A stretch of 62,066 nt of DNA, counting the filler, from Hausera hauseri (lineage: Eukaryota): assembly GCA_046269625.1 (NCBI GenBank). It is 12 parts of 12 records of this genome, joined end to end, with 100 filler letters (N's around TTAATTAATTAA, not from the genome) between each part and the next. Parts side by side here need not be neighbours in the genome. Positions count along the whole stretch, not along the records: positions 33,953 to 38,061 come from JBJURY010755986.1; positions 38,162 to 42,639 come from JBJURY010561451.1; positions 42,740 to 48,523 come from JBJURY010190083.1; 9 more parts are not named here. One strand, written 5' to 3'. How positions within the stretch are numbered: position 1 is the first letter of the stretch; every line of letters begins with the position of its first letter. A model generated the notes under the pieces. The model was given only the letters and a program-made list of their open reading frames with translations, was not told the DNA's origin and did no database searches. The translations under genes were made by a program, and so were the position numbers. This document shows positions 35,941-48,420 of this stretch, one piece after another.

Positions 35941-37875
35941 AATGGGATTTTTTCTTCAGTGCAATGCTTCGTCTGATTCCACTGTTTGGCATTGTCATGC
36001 TAAAGCAGAGCTGAGACTTGTTGTACAGCGCAAAGGATTAAATTCTCAAGATATAGTGAAAAATATTGAGCACAACTTCTTCTATCGAGAAAACGACTGG
36101 GGCTATTCGAACTATATTATATGGACAGAACTTGTTAATCCTGAAAATGGATTCGTTGGTCAAGATGACAGTATATTACTTCGTGTGAAAGTCCAAGCCG
36201 ATGCACCTCACGGAGTTGATTGGGATTCTAAGAAACATACCGGTTTTGTTGGTTTGAAAAATCAGGGAGCGACATGTTATATGAATTCATTACTCCAGGC
36301 CTTGTTTTTCACTAACAAATTACGAAAGGCTGTTTATCTTTTACCGACTGAAACTGATGATGAGCAACGATCGGTTTCCTTGGCATTACAACGAGTGTTT
36401 TATGAATTGCAATTTGGTATAAAAGCTGTTGGTACGAAACGTTTAACGAAAAGTTTTGGCTGGGAAACACTGGATACATTTATGCAACACGATGCTCAAG
36501 AATTGTGTCGAGTGCTTTTAGATAATTTGGAAAGTAAAATGAAAGGAACTCAGGTTGAAGATACCATTCCGAATTTATTTTGTGGAAAAATGATGTCATT
36601 TATTCGGTGTAAGAAGGTTCCCATTGAATCTAAACGAGAGGAAGCATTTTATGATATTCAGTTGAAAGTCAAAGGAAATTCTGATGTATATGAAGCATTT
36701 AAAGAATACATAACGGTAGAATCTCTTGATGGTGATAACAAATATGATGCAGGAGAATGTGGACTGCAAGATGCTGAGAAAGGAATCGTTTTTCTAAAAT
36801 TTCCACCAGTTCTATATCTTCAGTTGATGAGATTTCAGTATGATTATGAGGCAGATGCTAATATTAAAATAAACGATTCATTCAAATTTCCGTATAAACT
36901 ATATCTGAGTAATTATCTACATGACCGATCAGACAGTCGTACTCAATATATTCTTCATACAGTACTTGTTCATTCGGGTGATAATCATGGCGGTCATTAT
37001 GTTGCGTATTTAAATCCTGGTGGTGATAATAAATGGTATAAATTTGACGATGACGTTGTAAGTAGGTGTTCAAGAAGAGAAGCAATTTTATCAAACTATG
37101 GAGGAAACGACGGTGATTCCAGTATAAAACAGTGTACAAATGCTTATATGTTGGTTTACATAAGTGAAGCAGATCTAGATGATATTCTGTGTCCAATAGA
37201 AGATGATGATATACCGCCAAACCTACATCAAAGGTTTGCAAACGAAAAACATGTTGAAGATCAAAAACGTCAGGAAAAGGCTAAAGCCCACCTTTATTCA
37301 TCTGTCATACTTCTTTTGGATGAAGATTTTTATGGATGGCAAGGATACGAATTATTTGATATCGAAAAAAGTTCTTATTGGAGACGGTTCAAATTTCCTA
37401 GGAAATCGAATGCGACAGATTTGACTCGTATGATATCAGAAACACTTCATGAATCCTGTGATCGAATTCGCTTATGGTATGTAATTCAAAGGAATAATCA
37501 GATTCAACTATCTCTTTTGGATGGTAAAGATAGCTCTATTCTTTCATCAGACAACCCTGTAATGATCTGGATACAGACTGTTGCAGCTGATAATCCTACC
37601 CAAACTTTAACCCCTATAGATTCAAAACAGATTTTAATATTTTGTAAATATTTCGATCCTGCCAATAATTCTATGCATTTCGTTGGATGGATACATTATA
37701 AAATTGCTTCTCAAGTTAGAGAAATATTTCCTGTTTTAAGAAAGTTTGCACACTTATCCGAAAATGTTCAGTTGATATTATGGGAAGAACGAGGACGAAA
37801 TCTAACTGTGATAAATTCTAGTGAAAGCTTTATATCACCATTTAATGGAATGATAATTATATTTGAACCAAATGT
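35941..37875 (+). CDS. USP7: USP7/HAUSP (half MATH domain, complete catalytic domain, UBL1-2); second part of the fused ORF
   Basis: GFFLQCN, ENDWG, ADAPHGV.WDSKKHTG.VGLKNQGATCYMNS, QHDAQE, HSGDNHGGHY, KFDDD and NAYMLVY. Confidence 0.95.
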
Positions 37876-38061
37876 CAAACCATCCTTATATAAGATCTCT
37901 AGGAGTGATTTTGGCAAACTTAAAAAAATTAAAAATCGAGATCAGACCATACTTTTTGCAAGAAAGTTCGATAGATTCATCGATACTGATATCCTTGATT
38001 TGTACACCTCTAATCACACTGATCGTTGCAACATCAAACCTTACAGACATATACTCAATTT
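37876..38061 (+). CDS. Possible GT14 (core-2/I-branching or xylosyltransferase) fragment; third part of the fused ORF
   Basis: DF.KL...LFARKFD...D.DIL does not follow USP7 and resembles the end of the GT14 domain. Confidence 0.45.
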
Positions 38062-38161
38062 NNNNNNNNNNNNNNNNNNNNNNNNNNNNNNNNNNNNNNN
38101 NNNNNTTAATTAATTAANNNNNNNNNNNNNNNNNNNNNNNNNNNNNNNNNNNNNNNNNNNN

Positions 38162-38327
38162 AATCCAGGTATTCATTGTCCGATGCCATAATGTTGAATT
38201 GAATGTCAATGTTATCATCCGTTGAAACCGAATTAACGAGGTAGATTTCTTTAAATGCTTTATTGTCAATAACAACGTGTTGCGCGCTTTGGTCAAATAT
38301 ACACAATTCAGATTTTGAAGATGCCAT
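38162..38327 (-). CDS. Major capsid protein (double jelly-roll), N-terminus only
   Basis: KSEL.IFD...Q......EIY.V.S......IQFNI......YLD matches the Polinton MCP N-terminal pattern. It lies after the penton and core genes. Confidence 0.8.
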
Positions 38328-38362
38328 TTGTTTGTCTGTCTGTCTGTCTATCAGTCAATCAA

Positions 38363-38730
38363 TCAATCGAAAATCGTACGACGACGACGTTTGTTTATAG
38401 CTGATGAACTCGATGATACTCTACGGTGTTTTCTCATCAAGCCACTGCCAGCGAATTGTTTTTTGACTAATTCAACGACTGCCGGTGCAGCGCTTTTTAT
38501 TTCGGACAAGGCGTGTTCCGTCAGTGAGGTAAAATCGATTTCTTTTTTATATAGTGCGTCCAGTGCTGTTTTTGCTGCCACGGCACTGATACATTTCAAC
38601 ACCGGAAATGCTAAACGTGCCAATGTATGCAAGCATCCAGAGCCATACTGTTTACTGACGAAATACAGCAGTTCCCCGCCATGCTGGGGTTACTTTAAAT
38701 AGAAATGATTTCAGAATCAATTATGTTGTT
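38363..38730 (-). CDS. Small basic virion core protein (pVII-like), 5' end disrupted
   Basis: QHGG, QYGSG and FAGSG motifs, and an Arg-rich tail KRRRRTIFD. Confidence 0.65.
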
Positions 38731-38734
38731 ATTG

Positions 38735-39295
38735 TTATTGGATTGGACGGAAATGAAGAGTTAGACTGGTTGTGGTACCATACGGAAATTCAATTAGGTA
38801 GCTCGTGTCACATCGGATATTCACTTTAACATTGTTTATAGAGGTAGATGCCACAGGTAGGTACATTGGATTATCGAGTTTGACAGTGACATTGTCACCG
38901 GCAGTATACATGCTGCTTTCCGGATAAATTGCACGGAGTAGATGTACACGTACTCTACCGACCAAAATCGCTTCGGTGATATTGACGTAAATGTACATTT
39001 GACATAGTCCCGTTTTCAGTTTGGATTTAAGTGTTACAATATGTTCTGCCGCCGCCGTCTTCGATGCCTCAAACAGAAGTTTTCCAAAACTCAATACCAT
39101 GGCTAAAGCTTTGTCCAATGAAATGCCAACAGTATCCTTAGCCAGTTCAAATTGAATGTACCCATTTGCATCTGACTCGAAAATTTTAAATATCGTCTTG
39201 TACTTTTGATTTGAAGAAGAAAAGTGTTGACAAAGCTGTGATACAGATTCGCAATAGACATTGTCTCCAATCGATACGTAAAACGTTAACACCAT
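38735..39295 (-). CDS. Minor capsid (penton) protein
   Basis: MYIY.NI....VG.....LLR.I...NPMYLPV....IN...V.I......I.F.......LHFRP. Confidence 0.8.
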   Translation of the reverse strand: MVLTFYVSIGDNVYCESVSQLCQHFSSSNQKYKTIFKIFESDANGYIQFELAKDTVGISLDKALAMVLSFGKLLFEASKTAAAEHIVTLKSKLKTGLCQMYIYVNITEAILVGRVRVHLLRAIYPESSMYTAGDNVTVKLDNPMYLPVASTSINNVKVNIRCDTSYLIEFPYGTTTSLTLHFRPIQ

Positions 39296-39407
39296 TTCTG
39301 TTGTAAAGGTTGGTTCAAGTGCACGGTAAACTGTTTAGCAGTATTGTCGTCATTGTCGTCATGTTGTGATAATGATATGTTACCATCAAGTACCAAATAA
39401 ATGCTCA

Positions 39408-40457
39408 TCATTCAATCTGTGATGCAAAAATCCAGCTCGGTGTAGTGTATCCGTAACACTTGATGAAATATTGTTTATTCGAATCTTTGCCACGTGAAAG
39501 TAGAATTTCCTAAATACGATATACATCGGGTGTCTCGGACAGTACCTGCAGTTTTTCTTCGTAGAATTTACCGCGTATTTCGTCACCGTTTTTATCATCT
39601 AAAACGTACATGACAAGTGTTTGTCTTGTGTTGATTGCCGAAATGCGGAAAACCTCATCTCTCCAGTTCTGATTGAAATTCTTAATGAATGGCGTGGTAC
39701 TTATTTTCGAAATACATACGTAAGCACCGGTTTTATATTTTGGGCGTTTAATTCCCTGTCATCCTCGTCGGTTTTGATAAAGCCACATGTTCAAATCATC
39801 GATTACGTCAACTGGCCATAATCCTTGATACCACGATGTGTCTAATGATTGTATGCATGAATAATATCCGGTAGTACATCTATCCAGCGTTTATTGCCCT
39901 GCTTCGTAAAGAATTTGTTTAGGCAACCGCACAATGCTCGATTAAATCGTTCAACGAGTGCAGCCTTGTATTGGGAAAACAGCGAGTAGTGGTTTACGCC
40001 GAACCGTTTCAAGACCGATGCAACGTGGGCGTCGTAGAATTCGTTACCCAAATCCGTTTGTAAATGCTTCGGTTGCTGCCGTTGTTGTTGTTGTATCAAT
40101 GTCTGGACAGCGTCGGCAATCTCTTTACCGGATTTAGATTTGACAGCAATTGCACGTGCAAAACGACTAAACACATCAACGCATGTTAGCACGTACCGAT
40201 ACCCATCGTTGATGCTGGCATACGGAATCATTTCCATCAGTTCCATTTGCCATACGTTATTTACATCGGAAGCGCGGTATGCACGAGTTGGAAACCACCT
40301 TCTTATCGGTTTATTTAGGCTAACTTTTATGCAAACTTTTTCCCGACCTAACGTTGGGTCTGTTTCCGAATATGTTTGGCAGTCTTTCCCAGTTTTTCGA
40401 CTCCAGTATACCCGAGGGATCACGCGGATCGAGCTACACGTCGCCCATCGTTGTCAT
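39408..40457 (-). pseudogene. Polinton rve integrase with C-terminal chromodomain
   Basis: VWQ..L, YRYVLTCVDVFSRFA, LQTD.G.EF, KAALVERFNR and YN; downstream GKFYEE.LQ and YFIK..GY...SWI. Confidence 0.92.
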
Positions 40458-40592
40458 CGATGATTTTGTTTTTGTTTACATTGCAGCAATTAGAACGAAA
40501 CGTAAATGAAAGATTCCGTAAACTGGGACAGAAAGATGAAAACCATGTACCCATATCGCCGAATCATCATATACTTACTGTCATTGCTTATA

Positions 40593-40903
40593 CTATGCTG
40601 TAGAACCAATGCATCTACCAAATAATGACGTGACAATCGGTAGAACTGCACCAAGGAATCCACCGCCTAGCTGATACATGATATCCCATTTCAGTCGTTT
40701 ACTACGGGCGTTGGCAAGGTCACTGAGTCATTTTCGATACTTTAGTAAATTCCTCTTTCCACTACCAATGTCAACGTGACCCACAACGATATTGTATAAA
40801 ATTTCCATCAAATCGTCTACTACAAACTGTAGGAATGATCGCAGTATGTTTCGTATGTCTCGTAGGTGCCTTGAGCAAAGTAATAAAGTACGGCTGACTA
40901 CAT
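40593..40903 (-). pseudogene. Small Polinton structural-type protein with a Q.GGFLG amphipathic C-terminus
   Basis: LMEILYNIV.G.V...KYRK*L..LA.......YQLGGGFLGAVLPIVTSLFG. Confidence 0.6.
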
Positions 40904-40959
40904 TTGAATCGAATGCTTTCTTTTTTCTGAACGTATTGATGCTGATGAGACGTAGTTGT

Positions 40960-41170
40960 TTATAACCGTTGCCACTGAGGCGGTAATTTGCGTCTAGTTG
41001 TTGCTCGACGAAGCACAGAATTGATTAATCGCTTGACTGTAGAGGTGGTTCGTTTTGATACACATTTCTTGCAGCCGAACACCCGCTTGGTAGTAGATTG
41101 TTTACGTTTAACAATTGTTTTTCGGAAATTTTTCATTTTATCACTATTGTGTCGTCGATTTTTGAATTTG
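40960..41170 (-). CDS. Small Arg/Lys-rich hypothetical protein
   Basis: Highly basic open frame ending in WQRL, located between the ATPase tail and the integrase arm. Confidence 0.45.
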
Positions 41171-41175
41171 TTTAT

Positions 41176-41325
41176 AGACACAAACCTTTCTGATTGAAAA
41201 TGTCCGTTTATACACACATGTTATCGGGACACTGTTGTGTAAAGTCGATGAACAAGTATCCGTGTGGCTCCGTCGTGGCATCATGATATGCATCTATCAA
41301 GTAGGCTCGGCTGTGAGAAATTGCA
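41176..41325 (-). pseudogene. C-terminal remnant of the packaging ATPase
   Basis: Manual translation YLIDAYHDATTEPHGYLFIDFTQQCPD..., the usual Polinton ATPase tail. Confidence 0.75.
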
Positions 41326-41371
41326 CAACACACTATAAATACCATCCCATGCTCATTCAGGTATTACTGCC

Positions 41372-42057
41372 ATGGAAGACAACGACAAAACGATTCTACT
41401 CAATGATGCCAATGATTAAAGTTCAGATTGGTCGTGGTTGTTCTGCTACAAAAAGGACAATTCTAATGTCAAATTTTTTGAAGCGAAAATAGAACCTGTC
41501 CAACAATTAGAAAAACCCTGTGATTGTCTGGATATTGATTATCTGGAAACGAAAAAGGATCTTGCTCAGAAATCATCATCATCAGCAGCAAAACCGACAT
41601 AAAAAGGCAAAGTGCAATGATTGGAATACATAAAGGAAAATCAAACCCGTGGCACCAAACACAGACATTTTTACCTAAACGAATTTTTCGCAAGTGTTAA
41701 ATGCATTTTCTGCAAACGCGCGTACTAATTTCATTGAATGATCCCGTGTCGCTATGCGTACCCAACTACAGCTATCTTGTAAAATGGCTTTTGGGTGAGA
41801 ATTTGGATAAACTTTCTGATGCTCTACACCAATTAAACGTGGATGTAAAGTTGAACGAAACGAACGTACTACAGCAATCCGTCGTTTTACTGGCGCAGAA
41901 AACGAAATTGTTTGATTTTATCGGTGGCGAAATGTCTCCTGTACCCGATGATGATGGTTTAATGTTGACTGAATATTGAATTGCAAAGATACAAGGAAAA
42001 AGCCGGTATCAAAGGGTGATTTGGCGTGTAGGTGAAGCACATTTTAATTGTCAATAA
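41372..42057 (+). pseudogene. Decayed homologs of the two hypothetical genes at 7315-7698 and 6976-7296
   Basis: MEDNDKTILL...DWSWLF and NDPVSLC.PNYSY...KLSDALHQLNVDVKLNET. Confidence 0.8.
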
Positions 42058-42155
42058 ATTTTGTTGTTTTGTTTTACCTTTCTTCTTCTTTCATTAACCA
42101 AATTAACGAGTATAAATATACGTGTAATTTTAATATAGGCATAAGAATATTGATA

Positions 42156-42601
42156 ATGAATGATGTAAAGATTATCTTAACAGGCGAAAATGCCTTTGTA
42201 CCGATACGTGTTACAGCAAACATTGCAGGCTACGATGTGTTTTATAATGTCAGTACGACAATTACGGATAGTACAATCAAATGCGTAACGACTGGGATTC
42301 GATTGGAGATTCCGGCCAGTTACTACGGCCAACTTTCATCGAAAAGCAGACTGGCAAAGCTGGGACTGACGGTTGTGGGCGGCGTCATTGATTCAGATTT
42401 TTGTGGTGAAACCAATCCGGGGAACCGTATGCTTTTTCGAAAGGCAATGCAATGTTGCAAATCGTTTTTCTTCGCTGTGAAGAGGCGGAATTTAGTGTAA
42501 TGTCGCTGGAACAATGGGGATTGTTTTGTGTCAATGAATCGACACGAAATGAACGCAAAGAATTTAACTTTGGCGATATGGACAAAACCACCTATGCTTA
42601 G
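42156..42601 (+). pseudogene. dut: dUTPase, second copy, with a frameshifting deletion
   Basis: MNDVKIILT...AGYD...YYGQLSSKS.L...GGVIDSDF, colinear with 6411-6889. Confidence 0.9.
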
Positions 42602-42739
42602 TGATTGTGATAATAATAATAATAGTTAGTTGTTTTGCTNNNNNNNNNNNNNNNNNNNNNNNNNNNNNNNNNNNNNNNNNNNNTTAATTAATTAANNNNN
42701 NNNNNNNNNNNNNNNNNNNNNNNNNNNNNNNNNNNNNNN

Positions 42740-45700
42740 GTTCTGTTGGAACAGAAAAACGATCTTTTCCTTCAATTGCAAACCGAGCAGGATAATCTCA
42801 GCGATGCTGAAGAGAAGATCCAAAAATTAGTCCACCAAAAAGCCGACATGGAAAGTCAACTAAAAGATTTGGAAGATCAGCTGATGGAAGCTGAAGATAT
42901 TCAGGATGAACTCGAAGCTGATAAAAAGAAACTCAAGGGCGAAATTGAAGAAATGAAGGCCGAAATTGATGAGTTAGAGCTGGATCTTGAAAAATCCGAA
43001 CAAGAACGGGCTACTCGTGATAAACAAATAGCCAGTTTGAAAGAAGAAATTGAGAAGCAAGACGAGGCTCTAAATAAAGTTAGTAAAGAAAAGAACGCTC
43101 TCGAAGAAACCCTTACCCAATGCCAAGAAGAATTGATGAAACAAGAGGCAAAGAGTAATCAGTTAGATAAACTTAGAATCAAGCTCGAAAGCCAGCTCGA
43201 TGAGGTTTTATCGTTCATTAATTTTCTTAGATAATTTCTGTTTACAGCTCGAGGACAGCCTGGAACGGGAACGCAAGATCCGTTCAGATGTCGAGAAATC
43301 CAAACGCAAAGTTGAAACTGATCTCAAAGCAAATCAAGAGGCATATAGTGATCTGGAAGGTATAAAACAGTCATTGGAGGAAAACATTCGTCGAAAGGAT
43401 GTCGAGTTAGCCAATCTAAATAGTAAAATCGAAAGCGACTCCGCCATTGTATCGCAACTCCAGAAGAAGATAAAAGAATTACAAGTAGCGATTATTTGAC
43501 TTTTATTCAGTGTTAAATATTGTCACAGACTTTAATACAAGAGCTCGAAGAAGAACTGGAAGCTGAACGACAGGCCCGGGTAAAATCTGAAAAGGCGCGA
43601 AAACTGGTTGAAAGCGAGTTGGAAGAATTGGCTGACAGACTCGATGAACAAAACGATGCTACTGGTATCCAAGCCGAATTAACTCGAAAGAGAGAATCCG
43701 AACTTCAGAAACTTAAGCAAGAATTGGCAAATGCTCAAAATCAGCACCAACAAGCCATCACTGCTCTTAAACAGAAATCACAGGACTGTGAAAATCAGTT
43801 GCGCAGTCAGTTAGACCAAATGCAAAAATTGAAGTCAAAGTAAGACTTCCTGATGTATATAATTTTTACGTTTCTATCGTAGGACTGAAAAAGAAAAGGA
43901 ATCAATGAAAATGGAACTCGACGACACTATAACCCAACTGAACAATGTTCTGAAACAAAAGGCAAACCTGGATAAACAAAACAAGACACTGGAAGTCCAA
44001 ATATCTGACTTACAGAGTAAATTCGATGACCAAACTCGACAACTGTCCACGATGACGAACCAATCCACCTCATTTAGTCAATCAGCCAACAGTTTACAAA
44101 TCAAATTAGAAACAGCCGAGAGTCAACTTAGTCAACTTAACAAATACAAACTACAACTTGAACAGAATCTCAAAGACACACAAACTCATTTGGAGGATGA
44201 AGAACGAGCCAAATCGAAAATGGCCAATGAAATTCGCAATCTGAACGACGAATTGGATAATTTACGAGACAGTATGGAAGAGGAGATAGAATCGAAAGAG
44301 ACCATTCAGCGACAGCTGTTCAAAGTCCAATCGGAATTGAACGAAGTCAAAAATCGACCGGTAGTCAGTTCAGGAATGGACGATGAGACTCGACGAAAAC
44401 TCCAGAGTAAACTACAAGAAGCTGAAAATGAAATTGATGCGTTACAAACGAAATGTGCTCAATTGGAGAAGATCAAAACTCGATTAAGTGGAGAGATTGA
44501 AGATATGAGTGTTGATGTTGATAGAGCTAATGCCTTGGTGAGAATTTTGTCGATTTGGTGCCGAATATTAATGTATTTGTAAAGGCTAGTCAATTGGAGA
44601 AGAAACAGAAGAACTTTGACAGGACAATCAGTGAATGGCAATCAAAATGTTCTGCACTGCAGTCGGATGTTGACAGTGCTAATCAGGAATCTAGATCACT
44701 TTCTACAGAGGTGTTCAAGTCAAAGGCCATGTATGACGAATTGCTTTTGCAAATAGAGTCCGTAAGGAAGGAAAATAAATGTTTGCAAGGTATAAATTAT
44801 ACTCGTTCCGTAAATTACCCATTCACGAATTCCAGATGAGATTCACGAGTTGACCGAACAACTCAGCGATGGAGGCAAGTCAGTCCATGAAGTGGAGAAA
44901 ATCAAACGACGACTAGAACTGGAAAAGGAAGAATTGGAGCATGCTCTCGAAGAAGCGGAATTGGCATTGGAAAACGAAGAGAACAAAGCCCAACGAGCTC
45001 AACTAGAAATTAGCTTCGTACGACTTTATTCCAATCAGTACCTAAATTACTTTTCACGTAATATTTAGATGAAAAACGAAATCGACCGTCGACTATCCGA
45101 AAAAGAAGAAGAGTTCGAAGGCACTCGTAGAAACCACCAGAAATCCATGGAATCCATGCAAGCGTCTTTGGATGCCGAAATAAATAGTCGACAGGATATT
45201 GCTAAAGCCAAAAAGAAGCTGGAACAGGAAATCAGCGATATTGAAGCTCAGCTCGATCAATCCGAAAGACTGGGATCCGAACTGGAAAAGAACAACGCAC
45301 GACTGCAACAACAAGTTAGCGAACTTAACGCAGACGTAAGTCATTGTCGTACTATGTTTCTCATTATCATGGTTTATTTCACAGATCGAGCTGGAACAGC
45401 AAGCCAAAAATGAAGCTCGAGAACAAGCTCAGACCACGGAAAAGAAATACCTGGCGGCAAATTCTGAACTTGAAGAACTTCGTTCAAAATTAGAACAATC
45501 CGAACGATTGAAACGAAATATGGAATCGGAACTCCAAGAAGCCATAGATAAAGTATCCGAAAACAAAGCCATCCTTGCGGCTACGCAGAGTTCAAAGAGA
45601 AAGCTCGAAGCCGATGTTTCAGCAATGCAGTCCGATCTGGATGACATGACACACCAGCTGCATCAGGCTGAAGATGAGGCCAAGCGATTGTCCAACGATG

Positions 45701-46345
45701 CCATTCAAATTGCCGAACAGCTTCAACAAGAACAAGAACAATCATCACGCACTGAGAAAGTGAAGAAGCAGCTTGAGACGAAAGTCAGAGAATTGGAAGT
45801 GAAATTAGACGACGCTGAAAATAATGCCTTATCTGGAGGAAGACGAATGATGGCTCGATTGGAAGAAAAGATTCGAGAACTTGAAGGATGTCTGGAAACA
45901 GAACAAAGACGACATACTGATACTCAGAAGAACTACAGAAAAGTTGAACGAAGATTGAAGGAAGTAACCTTACAGGTAAACATAGTTAATTAATCAGGTG
46001 CCCGTTACCATGGAACTTTAGGCGGATGATGACAAGGCTCAACAAATTAAAATGAATCAGTTGGTAGAGAAAATGGAAGGCCAACTGAAAATCTACCGAA
46101 ATCAGCTGGATGAAGCTGAAGAGATTGCCGCTATGAATTTAGCCAAATACAAGAAGGTTCATACCGAGTTGGAAGAAGCCGAAGAACGAGCTAACGAAGC
46201 CGAACAAACTTTACAAAGACTCAGAGCAAGAAATCGTACATCTGTTTCTACAGTCAGAACTGTTCCGGCCAGATCACAATCTCGGGGTCCATCGACAGCA
46301 CGAGGATTGTCGTCAAGACGATCGGTTTTCCCATCGGATGACTAA
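42740..46345 (+). CDS. Mhc: Muscle-type myosin II heavy chain, coiled-coil tail; 9 exons (introns 43205-43247, 43485-43528, 43840-43882, 44538-44584, 44790-44835, 45018-45068, 45336-45384, 45976-46021)
   Basis: EKNDL.LQLQ.EQDNL.DAEE, LQKKIKELQ, ELEEELEAERQAR.K.EK, LEKKQKNFD, EKEEEFE.TR.NH and ELEEAEERA. The GT-AG introns restore one continuous frame. Confidence 0.95.
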
Positions 46346-46613
46346 GAACTGCTTGGATAACTTTAGGACTTTTCATTTGGAAAATATTTAATCGACTGTT
46401 TCGTATTTCATTTCGACTAGCTTTAGATTGAATAAATTTTGTTAGTTTACTCTGTTTTTATTTTTTGAATAAAAAATACTATTAATAATTAATAATAATC
46501 AATAATTGTACCGAAAACACTTGACTTACCTTCACGGTTTTTGAAAAAACCGCCGAGAAAATTTGAAGTAGTTCGTGAACTTTAGTAGTGAATTTAGTAG
46601 TCATTTATTCAAA

Positions 46614-46869
46614 ATGGTTAATAGACTGCACTACTTATGCATTGTATTGACCATTGTGATTTGTAAAGGAAATGATAACAGCAATGTTATGATTATCGAC
46701 GGGTCTAATGATAGTGAAGGATCAGTATTAGTGTGTAACAATAATCAATGGGGTACGATTTGCGACGATAACTGGGGAATCAATGAGGCAAATGTCGTCT
46801 GTAAACAACTCGGATTTACCTATGCCCTACGAGCCACTCAAGGTGATTATTTTCGATCCAACCGTCCGG
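46614..46869 (+). CDS. First exon of a secreted SRCR-domain protein
   Basis: Signal peptide followed by G....EG.V.V..N.QWGTICDDNW....ANVVCKQLGF. Splice donor GTAAGT at 46870. Confidence 0.85.
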
Positions 46870-47423
46870 GTAAGTATTTATGAAGAGTGCACTGTTTTGA
46901 CGCAACGTTCCTAAATCCTAAATATTCGAGATTGCGTAATAAATAAGTACCAATATTTTTTTGGAATAGAATTTGTCATCTACTTTCTATTAAAAGTAGT
47001 ATGAATTTTGTTGAAAATTTGTCTTGGTAATGTAGCGAGTAACCAGAGGATTTGATGTTGGAATGAATATATTCGGATTGTCCATTTTCTCGAGAGTCGA
47101 ATGGAAAGAAATAGAAATATCCAATTGATTAAGCTTATTACAGATTGTAGATTGAATATCTTCACAAAACAAAATATGAATTGCTATAATTGAAAATAAT
47201 CAATATCCAATTTTTAAACCTGCATAATCTGGACACTGAAAATGTGGTTCAAATATTATATATTTGCCAACGATAAGTGATGCATAAAACATTATTGAGC
47301 AATGCGCAAAAAGGACGTAAGAATAAGTCTGCACCTATATACCATTTATTTCATAAACAAACTTATAACCTATCGTTTAAAGAAAGTGTCCAATGTTGAA
47401 TGTTTAGCCATTCTTAATATTCT

Positions 47424-48420
47424 TTAATAAACAGTTTTCATAAGCAGAAGTAAAATCATTAAATTTAACATTAGACTAGGCTCCTTTACCAGAATGAAAG
47501 TTTTCATTATGATTAAACACTCTTGAAACTCACCTATTGTTATCATTGGCACATGAGGTTCTCCACTTTTATCTTCATCATCTTCGCTTTCAGAATGGTC
47601 CACAGATGTTGTGTCCTGATCCAGAGAATTGTGTAGAATTTGTAGAATTGATAAAACGTTGTCCGCAATAACATCATTAAATTCCAACTCCTTCATAATA
47701 AAATCAATTTGTTTAAGAGGCTCGTCATGAACTAACGTTGCGTTTAGGTTTGGAATAGAGAAACCCGCTTTGTGGAAGCAATTTTGAATTGTGCTGTCGG
47801 CAATATCATTCCAGACTGCGTTGATCCACAAAACGGCGCCTAAAACATTAACAGCTTTTACTTGGGCGGAAATGCTGACTGTGGTATCAAGAGTAGGAAG
47901 TATTTTTTTCAATAGAAGCTTGTGATATCGTACCCTAAAAGCCCGAATGATAACCTGATCCAGTGGTTGTACTATTGATGTACATTTAAAAGGGAAAAAT
48001 GAGATTTTATCATTAAATAAGGTGAGACCTGAGCGAAATGGTGCATTGTCAATGAATAATATAATTCTTCTATTACCTTTGATAATTTGGGAGTCGGCAT
48101 CGTTTAACCATTCAGCAAATAATGTGCTGGTCATTTATGCTTTCTTGGTCCACGGCCATTTGTGAGGGAGATTTGGTACATTTTTAAAACATCGAGGGTT
48201 TTGGCTCTTCCGATTACTAAGGGTGGTAGCTTTTCTTCCGCCATACTTGAACAAAATAGAATTGTCAGTCGTTCTTTTATCAGTTTTTCGCTCTTGCATT
48301 GATCGGCTTTAATAGCAAGTTTTACTTGGTAATGCCTTAAACATCAGTCCTGTTTCATCTGCATTGAAAATATCTGCATTATTAAAAACAACACAAAGAT
48401 CTGGAAGCTTGACTTTCCAT
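47424..48420 (-). mobile_element. Tigger/pogo-family DDE transposase fragment, decayed
   Basis: IFNADETGL.FKALP, PLVIG, NPRCFKN, MTS.LF.EWL, LFIDNAP and TS..QPLDQ.II. Confidence 0.9.

Larger units (their letters stand above)
38162..42639. mobile_element. Polinton/Maverick copy 2 (capsid-integrase arm plus part of the accessory arm), decayed
   Basis: Contains the MCP start, core protein, penton, rve-chromo integrase, ATPase tail and dUTPase. Confidence 0.9.

Noticed and set aside
4619-42639. Whole window as one giant-virus (NCLDV) genome because of TBP, dUTPase, A32 ATPase and PolB
   Set aside because: The PolB is protein-primed type, the capsid and integrase genes are Polinton-type, and other contigs are intron-containing animal genes or retroelements.
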